From the human T2T-CHM13v2.0 reference genome, Homo sapiens, in assembly GCF_009914755.1 (NCBI RefSeq), contig NC_060932.1: 64,000 bases of DNA. The stretch is one strand, 5' to 3'. A program made the position numbers and the translations under genes. Below the pieces are notes generated by a model that made no database searches, was not told the origin of the DNA, and worked only from the letters and a program-made list of their open reading frames with translations. Below are positions 28,963-43,124 of the stretch, in pieces. Every line of letters begins with the position of its first letter. The stretch's first letter is position 1.

Positions 28963-29539
28963 ATACAACTAACTTATTTTTCTAGATAAATATTGTTTTG
29001 TTTTGCTGAAAATATATATAATATAAAATTTAACATTTTGACCATTTTAAGTGAACAATTCAGTGGAATTAAATAGATTTTATTTAAATATACATTTAAG
29101 TACCAAATGGTTTTTAAATAGTTGTGCATCATTGTGCAACCATCACCAACCACTCTCTACTTCCAGATTTTTGGATTCTGTGGATTGTAAAGAGTCAGTG
29201 GGAGGGATTTCCAAAAATAAATTTTAGCTACTTTAAAATTTTACCTGTAGAATACACAAATGGAGACAGAAAATAGAATAGAGGTTACCAGGGGCTGAGA
29301 ACAGAAGAAAATGGAAAAACTGACACCTTTGAACCTCTCTCAAATATTCTTTCTTTCCCAGAGCTAAGTTGTTCAATGGCTATAACTTTTTTTAAAAATG
29401 AAATACTCTGTTTCACTATCACAAATATTTTATTTTTAATTGTATATCCTATGTGTACTAATAATAATGGTAATTCTGGTTAGTGAATATTAATATTTAA
29501 TATGGGAAAGACTTTGCTTTTGGATATACTGTTTGATTA

Positions 29540-29660
29540 AGTCCTCATAACAAGCCTTTGAGGTAGATTTCAGTATTATTCCTAATTTATAGATGAGAAA
29601 ACTGAGGCACAGGGAAGCTAAGTAAGTTTCCCATAGTCACAAACCTAGGAAATAGCAGAA
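29540..29660 (-). mobile_element. MIR
   Basis: TTTATAGATGAGAAAACTGAGGCACAGGGAAGCTAAGTAAGTTTCCCATAGTCAC. Confidence 0.8.
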
Positions 29661-29869
29661 GAGTTATCTGTAACTACCTGAGGACTATAGGTTGATAATT
29701 ACTATTACTTACACTAATTGTTCCGCTGTGCAATTATAGTCTCCTGCAATCTGGTGTCACTCTTGCCTACCCAGTCTGTCACCTGCTCCTAAACAACTCT
29801 GCAATAGACATTGAACAGACGGGTCAGCCTTTCATTGTTCATAGATATCTCCTGTACATTCCAGGCTTT

Positions 29870-31230
29870 GTTCTTGTTGCTTCCTCCCTTCCCATTCACT
29901 CATCAGCCAGCTCCTGTGTACTTCAGCCAGTGCTCTCTAATGAGTTTGCTCTTATCAAGGTACAAATGAACTCCAAGTTAACATACCCAATGGACGCTTC
30001 CTATTCACCCCTTATTAGCTCTCTCAGAAGCATTCAATGGTGTTGATCGCTCCCTTCTATTTAAGTAGTTGACTCTCTGGTTTTTGTGATAACGTTAACT
30101 TCTATTTCTTTACGGCTATCTTTGGCTTTTCCTTGGATGCTTCATTTACTGGCTTTTTCTGCTCTATCTGACCCTTAAATATTGCTATTTCTCAGAGTCC
30201 TTTCTCATTCTTTCTGCAATCCTTAGAGAACCTCATCCTTCTCCACTCCTTTAAATACCAGCTTGATGCTTCTGACTCCCAAATTTAATCCTCAATCCAA
30301 GTTTTCCTTAGTCTTGTGCATACATCTCTCTATCTGATATTTCTATTTGGTAGTTTTTCAAGCATCACAGATTGAAAACAATTTGAGGGGTTTCCTTCAA
30401 CCAAAATTTTCCCTGGTCTTTTCTATTACAGTATTTGGTGCCACCTAAAAGGACTCCCAGATAAAATATGTTGTAAGAGCCAGTTTTTCTCTCCCCTACT
30501 CAGCTCAAATTGTCCCAGTTATACTGAAATAGACCCCAAACTCATTCTTTCTTCCCCCATCCTGGTCCAAATCATAACCACACCTTTCCTGGAGCTATGT
30601 CAATGATATTTCAAATGGGTCTCTCCTGGCCTTATTTTTCCCCTAAATCTCTTTTCTATGTAGATACCATATTGATATTTTTAAAATATATGTCATATCA
30701 TCATTTTCCTTGCTTAAATCTCTTAAATGTTACACTGAAAATGAATTAGGAACTTCTTAATTTCATCTTGTCTTCAATTTCATTTTCCCCAATTATGTAC
30801 TAGTCGTTCCCTCATCCATGGTAGTCCAGCCACACTGGCCTTCTTTCTCTACCGCAAACACTTTAAGGGCCTTCTCATGTGGGAGTATTTGTATATGCCG
30901 TTTCCTATGTCTGAAATGCTTTTGTGTGGGTTCTTCTCAGGGCTAGCTCTTTTTCCTTTGTTAGTTCTCAGATAAAATATCTCCACTGTGGAAAGGCCTT
31001 CACTGAACATCCTATCTAAAAGGGTCAATTCTATTGTTCTCTATCAAAATACACTGTTGTCTTGCTCATGGCCTTTTGCATTTTGTAATTATTTCTTCCT
31101 TTCTTTTTAGTAAATGATAAGCTTCAGAGAAAGCAGAAACAATGTTTTGTTTTTCTGCTGAAGATCCAGCACCTAGGAGAGTGCATTGCACAGAGTAGGT
31201 TCTCAACAAACATTAGTTCAATGTGTTTGA
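29870..31230 (+). mobile_element. L2 (long 3' fragment)
   Basis: Pyrimidine-rich L2 ORF relic (GCATTCAATGGTGTTGATCGCTCCCTTCT; CTGACTCCCAAATTTA; CCAGCCACACTGGCCTTCTTTCT) ending CACAGAGTAGGTTCTCAACAAACATT. Confidence 0.75.
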
Positions 31231-31423
31231 AAAAAATAAAATAAATCACATAAAATAGTAGAGACATTATTTTCAGGCATTGTTCAGGCATTAAAATTTG
31301 GGCACTCTTGCTCCACTTAGTGGTGAGTCTTTTTGTGGGGGAAGGAACTGTGTGAACAATAACATAAAACCCCTGAGATTATTTTGCTCTTTATATCCTC
31401 CAGAGCTTGCACAATAAATGCAC

Positions 31424-31481
31424 TGCATTAGCCAGTTTTCATGCTGCTGATGAAGACATACCCAAGCCTGGCAATTTCCAG

Positions 31482-31520
<39 letters not shown>

Positions 31521-31803
31521 TTTATTGGACTTACAGTTCCACATGGCTGGGGAGGCCTCACAATCATGGTGGAAGGAGCAAGTCACATCTTACATGGATG
31601 GCATCAGGCATAAAGAGAGGGCTTGTGCGGAGAAACTCTCATTTTTAAAACCATCAGGTCTCGTGAGACCCACTCAAGAATAGCATAGGAAAGACCCACC
31701 CCCATGATTCAATCATATTCTACCAGGTCCCTCCCACAACACATGGGAATTATGGGAGCTAGAAGATGAGATTTGGGTGGGGACACAGAGCCAAACCATA
31801 TTA
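31424..31803 (-). mobile_element. THE1 (THE1A/B-like) MaLR solo LTR
   Basis: TGCATTAGCCAGTTTTCATGCTGCTGATGAAGACATACCC...GATGAGATTTGGGTGGGGACACAGAGCCAAACCATATTA; perfect 5-bp TSD TGCAC at 31419-31423 and 31804-31808. Confidence 0.95.
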
Positions 31804-33483
31804 TGCACACTGAGTATTTACTTAATTGAAATATGCAAAATAGACTTTAAAAAACGTTCACCTTTATATATGCCCTTGAATCATCCATATTAAGGACTAG
31901 AGGGTCATCCATTTAAGCATATTTTTTGTTAAAGCTTTTCAGTGTTTTTAAGAGGGTTTTAAGTCTTCTCTCTACCTGTGTGATCCTCAAAGCACATAGG
32001 CCTGTCTTTTATCAATATCTCAGAACACCTGCTCTCTTGAACCTTGCCAAAGATTACTCCTTGAAATTCTCAGCTATATCCCCTCCCCACCAGCAAAAGG
32101 TGCCACCTGGAAGAAAGACCCAGTTTGCCTTGTTCCTCACTCTTTTCCAGCACGTAGTGTAAAACCTGATACACAGTAGGTACTCAATAATGTGCAACAG
32201 TTGCTAAATAAACAAATGAACACTGTTTGATTCTTATAAAAAAACTCATTTGTTGAAAAAATACAATAGAAATAACCCTAAATAATATAACTTTCATTTG
32301 TTTCTGTGGAGTCTGAAGTCTTGATATTTTAGATATTTCTGCAGAGGAAGGATTTATAAATTATATTCTTAAGGCAGGTCATCAAAAAACTCTAATTCTA
32401 AAATATAGTGTTTATTATCTCATACAAATGTCTTTAATAAATTGTGTTTAGATGATGTTTTCAGCTTATATAGCATAACCTGGAAAGATTATTTATTGAT
32501 ATTTAGTCGAATTGAACATCTAGTTTTTGATTTGATGGAAAATTCACTCTCTCCTTTTAGAAGAAATATGTTGATCTTTTTCATATATAATTTCATGTTG
32601 AATACACGTTAAAATATAGACTATTATGTAAACATAATTCAGTACATGTAAGTTGATATTAAAAACATATTCTAAATTCATATTCTAAGATTGTATGCCA
32701 TATTTATATCCAAGCTTCAGAAGCACGATCTCCTAGTTCTATGAATTTAGAGTTGATATATGCAAGGTTATTTCATAAGGTACAAGAAACCATGCATAAA
32801 TTGATATATCTTCCTGAATAAATTTATTCACTAGTAAGTAATTTAAAGCAGTATTTTAATATTAACATACAGTTTATAGAGTAAAATGCAAAATTCACAT
32901 GAATTTTTAAGATAAAATACAAAGACTTCAAAGAAATTCTATGCCTAGAGAAAGCAGCTCTGAGCTAACCTTTTGGGACCCCCAGAAGTATACATACTCT
33001 TTCTCTGAAGTTAGGAATTCTTTGGTGGAAGAGTTTGAGATGCATTAAACCAGTTCTGAAAAAAGAGCCATCTCAAAACTAAAAAAGAGGCCCATTTAAG
33101 ATGACAGAACTAAAGAAAGGCTTTAGAAAGAGGAGCATCCCAGAATTCTTCAAGGAAGTAGGTATGAAGAAAAGTCTAAGTGAAGATGAGAGAAATGAGA
33201 AAGCACAGGAAACCACAACCAATCCCAAGAGCCCCTTCTAAAATCTCAGCAAGATGAATCCCTGAATGCAGAATAGAACTCATTCTGAAAGAGTTCATCC
33301 TCTTCAGGCTTGAATCTCCCACTCTCCAGTCCCTCCACTGCCCAGATTCTCTAAGCTAGGACCCAGAGCATGAAGTCTTCACTGGATACAGTGTGAGATG
33401 GGGCTGGAGGAACAAGCTGAGTGAGAATTCCACAACCTGGGACTTGATGGTTCACATTGAGGAGAAGCCTAAGAAAGGGCCAC

Positions 33484-34170
<687 letters not shown>

Positions 34171-35353
34171 TGGCCTGACATACTGGCAGGGCCAGAGGCA
34201 GTGCCTGGTATTGGAGGGCAGATCTGTACACATGGCAGAAAGGCAGTGAATGAAGAGAGGCTGGGAACAAGCAGATGAAGGGGAGGGGATGTGTGAAACA
34301 AGAGGGTTCCTGTTGAATTGCTTTGAATTTTAGCTAAATTTTGAGGCTAGCTTTTCTGGGCCAGCAAATGTGTGATGGGTGGAGGACAGGTTTATACAGC
34401 CAGGCATAGGATAGACAATTCCATCCTGTTTGCTTTAGTGTTTCTTTGCCTAAACAGGAATCTCAAGTTTTTGACCCCATGTTCATGTTGTGGGAGGAAG
34501 GTTTTCTTGACTAATTTTCAACCCCATACTTCCAATTTTACTTGCTGCTGGAGTCAGCCTTCAGACTAATGGGAATCTAACATTTCCCCTACCACACATT
34601 CTCATTTCTCATTTCTCCATTTAGCTTTCAGGGTTGGATGCAGGCCTGGGCAGTGAAGTGTGGGGCTTTGGTGAACCAGGCATGGCGGGCAGCAGTAGAA
34701 GACAAGGTGGGTGTATGGATAGACACAGTTGAAGGGTTGATGATTCCTCTGACCTTAAATGACCCTAAGTAGCAGTTGTGCAGTATTTTGAGCAAGAGCA
34801 GATGGTCTGTGTAGATAGGAGTAGAAACAGATGGCATCTCACTGTCAGATTTTCTCTCCTGAGACCTGGTGCCTGTCGTTGTATGCTTTATACTGCTCTT
34901 TGGCAAGCCAAAGGGAGATTTTAAGAACTCCTTGAATAGCCAGTGGCTCTCCCAGGATCTTGCTGGCCTTCTGCTAGGGTGATACGAGGCAGTTTGGGTA
35001 ACGGATGTAAGTAAGTGCTGTAGTTACGACACAAGGATAAATTTTAGTGGAAGTAGTATAGTAAGCAACAAGCAAATTCCCAGGTGGTGAGTTAGATAAA
35101 CCCATGCTGTCGTCTGTGTGATGTGCAGCGATGACATGATCACAGGGAAGTGATTAAGCATGCAGACTTTGGGGCTCCACTCACAGCAATTTTACCACTA
35201 TGGTGCAACCTTGGGCAATTTACTTAGCCTTTCTGTGTCTCAGTTCCTCATTTGAAAGTGGATGTAACATCTTAGCACCTACCCCTTTTAGGTTTGTGAA
35301 GATCAAATGAGTTAATACATGCAAAATGCTTGCCACAAGGTAAGTACTCAGTA

Positions 35354-36100
35354 CAGATGCTCCTCGACTTGTGATGGGATTATGTCCCAATAAACTCATG
35401 GTAATGTGTCAGCATGGCTGACTGGGAGCTGTGGCTCCCTGCTGCTGCCTAGCATAGTGACACAGTAAGGTACAGCATATCTCTAGCTTGGGAAGAGATC
35501 AAAATTCAAAATTTGAAGTATAGTTTCTACTGAATGCTGTTGTGCCAAACCCCTACTGACTCCAGTGTGGATGGCATCAGGTTTAAGAGGCCGAAGAAGA
35601 GACCCAGAGCCTGCAAATGAGACAGGGGGTTTTACTGGGGGCTTACAGGCAGGAGAGAGGGTTCAATGGCAGTGAGTTGGACAGGATAACCACATAGCCA
35701 TGTGGTGATGGGCTGGGCAGAAGGATACAACCACTTGAAAAGGCATGAAGTTTCTATATAACATTTTCACTTAGCACCCTTTCCCTAACCACTTCCACCT
35801 GGCAACCTTCATTCAACCCAAACACAGGGCCTCCATCCCCTGTAAGGCCTGTGTTCCATGGGATAGGCCAGAGGCTCATATGTTCCTCATAAACAAGGAA
35901 CCAATCTCCAGGTTGGCCACTCCCGAATTCCCTAGCTCGGAACACACTTTCAGGTGCATCTGCCATACAAGGTCATTCTCAGGGTGTCCTTAAGTTATTG
36001 CTATTAGGTGCGTTTAGCATAAAAATGCATATCCCTTTCATACTGCACCATTGTAAAATAAAAATTATAAGTCAAACCATCATAAGCTGAGGAGCATCTT
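35354..36100. mobile_element. MER47B/Tigger5-type DNA transposon, split by an LTR
   Basis: TIRs CAGATGCTCCTC...GAGGAGCATCT(T), flanked by TA; internal GGCTGACTGGGAGCTG and GATCAAAATTCAAAATTTGAAGTATAGTTTCTACTGAATGC. Confidence 0.85.
35538..36023 (-). mobile_element. ERV solo LTR (LTR47-like) nested in MER47B
   Basis: 5-bp TSD AATGC at 35533-35537 and 36024-36028; begins TGTTGTGCCAAACCCC; family name from recalled consensus. Confidence 0.75.
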
Positions 36101-37069
36101 TAAATGTTAACTATTATTATTATTGATTCATTCCATATGGCTATTGGCTTGAAAGTAAAGCAGCAGATAGATTAAACCAGAGGTGGATGACTCAACTACT
36201 TCTAGAATTGGGTCATGATCTTGGACTATGTTCAGAAATGCTGTTGCTAGTTAAAAGACATGTTGAAAGCATCCTTAATCAGTGGAGGATAGGGGCTTGT
36301 TGACAGAGTGCGGGCAAGAAATAAATTGTGCCCTGTGAGGGCAGCCATTATCACAATAATGGGTGCTGGTCTTAGCACGGCTTGGCAATGAGCCATCATG
36401 AGAGAGTTCCATGAATATCTGAAGGTTATAAATGGGCATGAAAGTTCTTCAAGCCCCTTAAATGTGCCCTTGGCCTGAACATGTGTCACAAATGCTGATG
36501 TATCAGAAAGCATCATGCAGGACATCAGGAGTCAGGTGGCAGCACTGAGTGTGGGTTTCCCCCACAGGGAGGAACAGCTGCTGTTTCAGCAGAAGGATGC
36601 TCTCCATCCCCCAGCTCTACCCTTGCTTTCTCTTCTCACATCCCACAGCACCCAGACCCTGCCCTGGACCCCAGAATCCCCTTACAGGCACAGCTTTTCT
36701 TAGGCTTCTGCCTCTTCGTCTTGCCAGATTTCCTCGATTCTCTGCATTTACTACTGGATAACTAGAGAGTTATCAAGGAGAGAAATTTCTTGGGAACAGT
36801 TGTATTTATTTCCTGATGTTCTGGTATATGTGACAGAATGTTTAATAATTGGTTTTGGCTACTCAGTACATTCATTCATTCATTCATTCATTCACTCATT
36901 CATCTACCTCCTATGTTAAAATATAAACATATATACCTATACATATATATATAGTCACAAAAAATGGAAAAAAGTGGCAGAATAGTGAAATGAAGCCATG
37001 GAATAAACTTAATTTTAGAATGCATATTGTTTGGCTAAGAAAATTGGGTGGGCTACCAATTCAGCCAAA

Positions 37070-37240
37070 ACAGTGCTTTTCAAGCTTGACTGCAAGTTAT
37101 GATTACCAGATACTTTCTTTTTTAATTCTACTTTCAGTGATTCTGAAGTAAATGAACTGGGGTGAGGCCTGGGCATTGTAGGTTCCAAAAGATTCTCAGG
37201 TGAGGCTAAAGGGCAGCCAGAATTTCAAACCAAACCACTA
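37070..37240. mobile_element. MER5-type DNA transposon fragment
   Basis: TGATTCTGAAGTAAATGAACTGGGGTGAGGCCTGGGCAT...CAGGTGAGGCTAAAGGGCAGCCAG. Confidence 0.55.
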
Positions 37241-38094
37241 AAAGCAAAGAAAAAACAACTGATTGATCATGAAAATTACCAGGTTCCTTCCTTGGATATT
37301 CTGATTTAGTGCTCATAAGTCATTAAACAAGCAATTCAGGTGATTCTAATGATTAAGAAGTTTTGGAAGAGCAATCAATTTTTGGGATTCACAATTTTAT
37401 TTGAATGTAAAACATTAGTTTTCAGGAGGTGTTTAGCTTTTCTTGGCACTTAGGCATGAGAGAAATTTTCCAACAGTCCTCAGAAGGGAGATACTATGAA
37501 ATTCATGAACAATATCCTCAAACACATCCATTCAAAAGCAATAATAAATGTCCCACAGCTGCTCCTGATTTATCTCAGTGTAGGCAGAGGGCATAGCACC
37601 AAAACACAATGTTGTTTTGTTTATTTTAAAATTATTATCTAAGTATAAAGATCCAAAGCAATACAATGTAGATTCAGAGCTCTCTGGTTAAAAGCAGGCA
37701 TATATTTTAAAATGACTTATTTGCTTTACTAATTATAAAAGTAGAATGTATACACTTTTTGGAAAATTTAGAAAGGTTAGAGACACACTTTTTAAAAAAA
37801 TTAAAATAACCTGTGCTTCAATTAGGACTTGATCAATTGCAAGTAATAGAAACTAACTCTAAAGAAAAAAAGCGTTATTGGAAGAATATCAATAACTCAC
37901 AGAATCGACATGACAAACTTAAAATGGGCAGGAGCAAGGGCTATTCCAGAGTGTCAAGAAGAACAAAATACTATTTATACCTGGAATAGCCTCACCCAAT
38001 GCTGCTGCCCACTGCAGATACAACTGATGTGGGGCTTCTCAGATGTTAATACTCCTGCAGGTCACCTGAAGATCTGGTTAAACCCTAGGTTCTA

Positions 38095-38380
38095 GACTGG
38101 GCACAGTGGCTCATCCCGTAATCCCAGCACTTTGAGAGACTGATGAGGGAGTATTGCTTGAAGCCAGGAGTTGGAAAGCAACCTAAGCAACAGAGTGAGA
38201 CCTGCATCTCCGAAAAAAAGCAAACAAAAAACTAGCTGGGCATGGTGATGCATGCCTTTAGTCTCAGCTATTTGAGAGGTTGAGGTAGGAGGATTGCTTG
38301 GGTCCAGGCTGCAGTGAGCTATGACTGTGCCACTGTACTCCAGCCTGGGTAACAGAATGTAACTGTCTCTAAAAATAAAT
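38095..38380 (+). mobile_element. Alu (AluJ-like)
   Basis: GACTGGGCACAGTGGCTCATCCCGTAATCCCAGCACTTTG...GGCTGCAGTGAGCTATGACTGTGCCACTGTACTCCAGCCTGGG; TSD-like AGGTTCTA on both sides. Confidence 0.95.
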
Positions 38381-39139
38381 TTAGAACACACGCACAAAAA
38401 CTCAGGAAAAACTCAGGTTCTAATTCAGTAGGGCTGATGTGGGGTGTGAGAGTCTGCCCCACTCATGTAATATGAGAAGGCATCACCAGTACTAAATCAA
38501 AAAAGGGTGAAGCATCCAAAAGCTTGAGCATTTTTCTGTTTACAACTTCTTCAGTTTTTATAAGTGTGTTGACCCAACTGTTTTTTTGATTTAGTAACAA
38601 TAAAATCACTAATGGTAAACAGCTTTTTTGTTTTAGTTCTTTCTCACAGGGAGGAATTTGTTGAGAATCTGGAAGAATTTACAAGAAGGTGGCATTCGAG
38701 AGCTAAGTTGTGAAAAGAGAAGTGGGAAAGATTTAAAAAAGAATAGCTTCATAGAAAGACTAGATCTTAGTGGGAAGGATCTGATGTAAAGGAGAGCTAG
38801 GAGTGAAAGACATGAAAGTTGAATACTTGTCACACAACCTGCTTAGTTTGTCCAACTCGAGACCAAAATAGAGCAGCATGTGTTGCACAGCAAAACTTGT
38901 AAGACACCGAAGTCTTTAATAACAACATAGGCCTCAATAAGTGAGTTGTAGCATTTGATGGGACTTATTTAGAGTGATGTAAAGGAGTAATTTTTAAGGA
39001 TATGCACAGAAGACAGAATGAGTTTAAATTTCAATATGAAAATTCAGTTAAACAAAAATGCCATGGTAATATATTTACATGAAATAACAAGAGAATTACA
39101 ATATCTGTATTTCTGGAAAGGGAAATGGCAGCCATCTAT

Positions 39140-39790
39140 TTTTGTTGTTTAAAACTATTCGGTGCCCTCTCCATTGCCCTGAAGAAGAAGCTCAAATTTA
39201 TTGTCTCACAAGCCCCTTCATAATCTGGTCTCCTTGACCTTCCAGCTTCATTTCTCATTGCTTCTACAACCCTCCTTCTACTCATTCTCTATATCAGTCA
39301 CGATGAGCTGCTTCTAGTTCCTCAAATGCATCAGGCGTGCTCTCTTGCCTTTTCATATTCTGTGTTTTCCACCCAGAATACTTTTCATATTACCTTTCCC
39401 CTTTCTATAATAATTCTTTGTGTTTGCTCAGATCTCGTGGCAGTGATCATGGCCCTATTTTAAGACTTCCCTGATGCCTGCTTTCCCTTATTCAGGTATC
39501 ATTCCAATCTTCCCATAGCTCCTACTTCCTCATGGTAGCACTCAACATATTATACTATAAATGCATGTTTACTTACCTGTATCCCCAACTAGACAGTAAA
39601 CTGTAGGAAATGGGACCATGTTGAAATTATTGACAATTTATTTAACCAATATATATTTATTGAGCATCTGCTAATTTGCCAAACACTTTCCTAGGATCTG
39701 GCAATACAGCAGAACAAAGATACAGCCTTTATTGTGCTTGTATTCTGGAAGAATAAATAAATAGATGCAGAAATTAAATGAATGAACAAA
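39140..39790. mobile_element. L2 fragments (plus ~39140-39620, minus ~39640-39790)
   Basis: CCCCTTCATAATCTGG...CCCCAACTAGACAGTAAACT; then ATTTATTGAGCATCTGCTAATTTGCCAAACACTTTCCTAGG. Confidence 0.65.
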
Positions 39791-42700
39791 GTTCTATAGG
39801 TACAAGATATATCAAAGATGAATCAGCAAGAGCTTATTATTCAAGCACTTAAAATGTGTCCTAACATCCTCAAGGTGCTATGTATGGCAATTAGGATTTT
39901 TTTTTTTAAAGACAATGTGTGATCATAAGTAGCTTCCAATGTAGTTGGTTTAGGAAAATACTAAAGACAGATACATCATGTGTTCCTCTAATCACAATTT
40001 CAATAAAATGTATAAATGAAAGAGCCATAGTTGACTGACAGAGTGGGGAAGGGTGTATATTCATGGAGAAATTTAAACTTCAGTCAAATCATGGAAGATA
40101 ACTAGCATTTTGCTTTACAGAGAGAAAGGGAGAAAGGATATTTTCACAAGAAAAATAGCTGCAGCAAAGCCACAGAGAGCTGAAACTGAGTATGACTTGA
40201 AGACTGTTCCAGTCTGACATCTCAGAAGCAAAGATGGGGGGCAGGAAGCTCGATTTGTGTGCAGTTCTCTACTTTGATTTGTTTATTCATTCAGTAAACA
40301 TTGAGGATCACTCTGTCCATTCACAGTGTAGTTACTGAGGGATGGGATACCAAGGTGAACAAACACAGGCGTGAACCCAGCCCTTGTGGAACTTCCTACA
40401 CCATGTAATTGGTGGCAGAGGGACGTCTGTCATCATACCAGAAAAGAGTCTAATCATGAAGGGGTTTCTGGAACCTGGTATCCTTACTCTTCCTGTAATA
40501 TTTTCTCAGTAAACTTAGGAGTCCATAAGCCATTCAAGATGCTTTACATTATCAAGATTTCATCCTGAACTTTTTAATTCATAAAGGATCATATGGCACA
40601 TTTGGTTTTACTTCATGCAAGTACAAATTTCCAATCTCAAAGTTATTTTCAAGATTGAGACAAGGCGAAAAAAATATCTTTTAATCTGAGAAGCATTTTG
40701 TTCAGATGGTGAGTTCTATCACTCAGTTTTTCTTTTTGATTGATCCTGCTAAGGCACACTGAGACTGAATGCTGAAATACTCCAGGTCCAATTCTCAGTC
40801 CAGAGTCACAACGCTGAATGTGGATCTTTTCTTCAACAGTGCTTTTAATAACCAAAAAACTTGTAGTGCACCAAAACAGGCATTCTGTTAGAAAGCAGTT
40901 TGCATAAGTCAGAATTAAGCCTATTTCATTACTAATTCAATGAATTCATAAAATATAGGAATAATTTTACCCTTATTTTAATTTGAATCAGAAAATGTTT
41001 TCAGATGTGTTTGATTAATTAATTATGTCTCTGGTCTAAGAGGATGACAAAGCTGAACGTATTCTCTGAGGAAATGCTCACAGCTTTTTCTGTGGGGTTT
41101 GAGGCATCCAAAGGACCTGTCTGTATTCTTATAAATTTCCATCTTGCTTCAGGAATGTTCATTGCATCACCAGGAAGTTACGCTTAAAATGCAAATATGG
41201 TAATGCTAAAAATGAAAAGATATAATTATTGAATTTTAAACATTGATTTTAGCAGTAGATGGGAGGTAGATAGCTTCTTGTCTTATCTACATGAAGAGAT
41301 AATTTTAACCAAGTTTCTACATCTCCATCATAAAGCAGATTCCAATGCCACAGAATCCAAGTCTAAGAAATGTGTTATTGATGCAAAGCTTAAGTCATTT
41401 CACTAGATTTTTTTAAAATGCTGGACAACTGAGTACACCGAGGAGACTCTAAGTCACCTCCCCTCATCCCTTACAAGATCTCTCTCCAGGCTACGTATTC
41501 ATAGTTGAGATAAGGAGAAGCAATGCCCCGAATACAAGTGATTAGATACATGATTTTCTTTTCATGTGTTTCAGTAGGGAGGAATCTTGTTGCCAGTAGA
41601 AGCAATGGTGTTTAAAATCAATTATCAGGACAAAAATCCTTCCAGCTGGCTGAGATGTCCAGAAAAGTTGTTTCTTAGTGAACATAGCTCGTGTCAAGCA
41701 TCTCCTTGCTTAACTAGGGAGCAGGTGGAGGCCTTTAGCACTAGGATGCAAGGTCTCCTGTTGAAGCAATTAGTCATTATTGATATGTATTTGTTGTGTA
41801 TAGTAATGTTTTGAGTGTGTCTTTGTGTGGATATGTGTTAGAAAAAAGAGAGAATGGGAAAGAGAGAGAGGATAGGAGAGAAGAAAGAGAAGACAACAAA
41901 GGAAGAAATATTACACAAAATATCGGCACTGCAAGAGTTCAGGTGGCATATTCTAACCATATAGGGTCCGCAGTGGCTTAAAAACTGCAGAATGGTTTTC
42001 CTACACTTTCTTGTAATCAATACAGAACTCCCACTTCCCCCGCTGTCTTGGACCATCTACTTCTCCTCATTCAGCAACTATTGAGCTGATTTACCATATT
42101 CCTTTTGCCTTCCTCCCTCCACACGCCCAGGAGGATCTTCTCCTCTTATGCTAAATTGACTGTATAAGTTGTCAGTCATTGTAATACTCTTGTTGAAGAT
42201 TAACTTCCTGGTTCCGATGATGGAATTGAGAACTGGTTATATTCTTTCTAAGAATATGGGTCTTTTCTCAGGAAACATAACCCATAAAAAGAGAAGAAAT
42301 GTTAGCCTGAATGTTACCAACCATCTTCTCTAGACTCAGTATGTAGAAAAGGAGCTAATTCATACCTACATCTAAGAGTATAGGTTTTCCTGAGGTTGCG
42401 CTGATACCACCAGAAGGTTAGTGGACATTATCCAAGTCCCTGTGTGTCTCTGAGAAGTGCTACATCTTTCTCCTCCAGGGAGATAAGGAACAAAATTCTT
42501 TCAGCAGGTACCAGAAGGTGTAACTGCAAGAACAGAGACTGGAATATGTGTCCTGTCACTTCAGCTGCCATGGATTCTTCCCCGTATAGGGCTACCTGAT
42601 CACAATCCAAATTTTTGCAAGAACAACCAGGCATCAGCTAGGCTTTCAATTCTTTACAACTATCTTGCAAAAAGTCAAATCTTCTTTATTTCTGACATTG

Positions 42701-43124
42701 CATTATCACTGTATTATAAAGATGCCGGATCATTTTTCTTCAAATATAAGTTTTGACAGACTTTATTTAATTTGGGTCACAGTCTTCTGACCAAAGGAAG
42801 AAAAGAATTTTATCTATATAGTTACTGCTTAAGAGGCTCTTAAAAAGGATTGTCTTAGGGACCCTCAATAAGATGGTCATTTGTTTCTCTGGACTTCCCC
42901 TCCAGATATGGCTATAGATCCTGAGAATGGAAGAAAAGAGTGGGAAGAACCCACAATGTAGGATGGTTTCCTGTTATGTGAAAGAAAACCAGACCTTGAA
43001 TATAGTCAAGATTAGCCTCCGACTAACGTATTCCTGTATCCTATTATGAAAAAGTGGCCCCCTTCACAGCTGTAGCATAGGTAAATGGAAGGAAGGAAGA
43101 CGAAATCCACCCTGCTATACCTAC

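Larger units (their letters stand above)
35150..36122 (+). mobile_element. MIR split by the MER47B insertion
   Basis: CCTTGGGCAATTTACTTAGCCTTTCTGTGTCTCAGTTCCTCATTTG...TAAGTACTCAGTA, resuming as AATGTTAACTATTATTAT after 36102. Confidence 0.75.

Noticed and set aside
40649-40884. Peptide LVIKSTVEEKIH resembling the SNF2-helicase C-terminal 'TVEEKI' motif
   Set aside because: The match is short, needs a frameshift to extend, and has no upstream helicase motif VI; probably chance. tBLASTn would settle it
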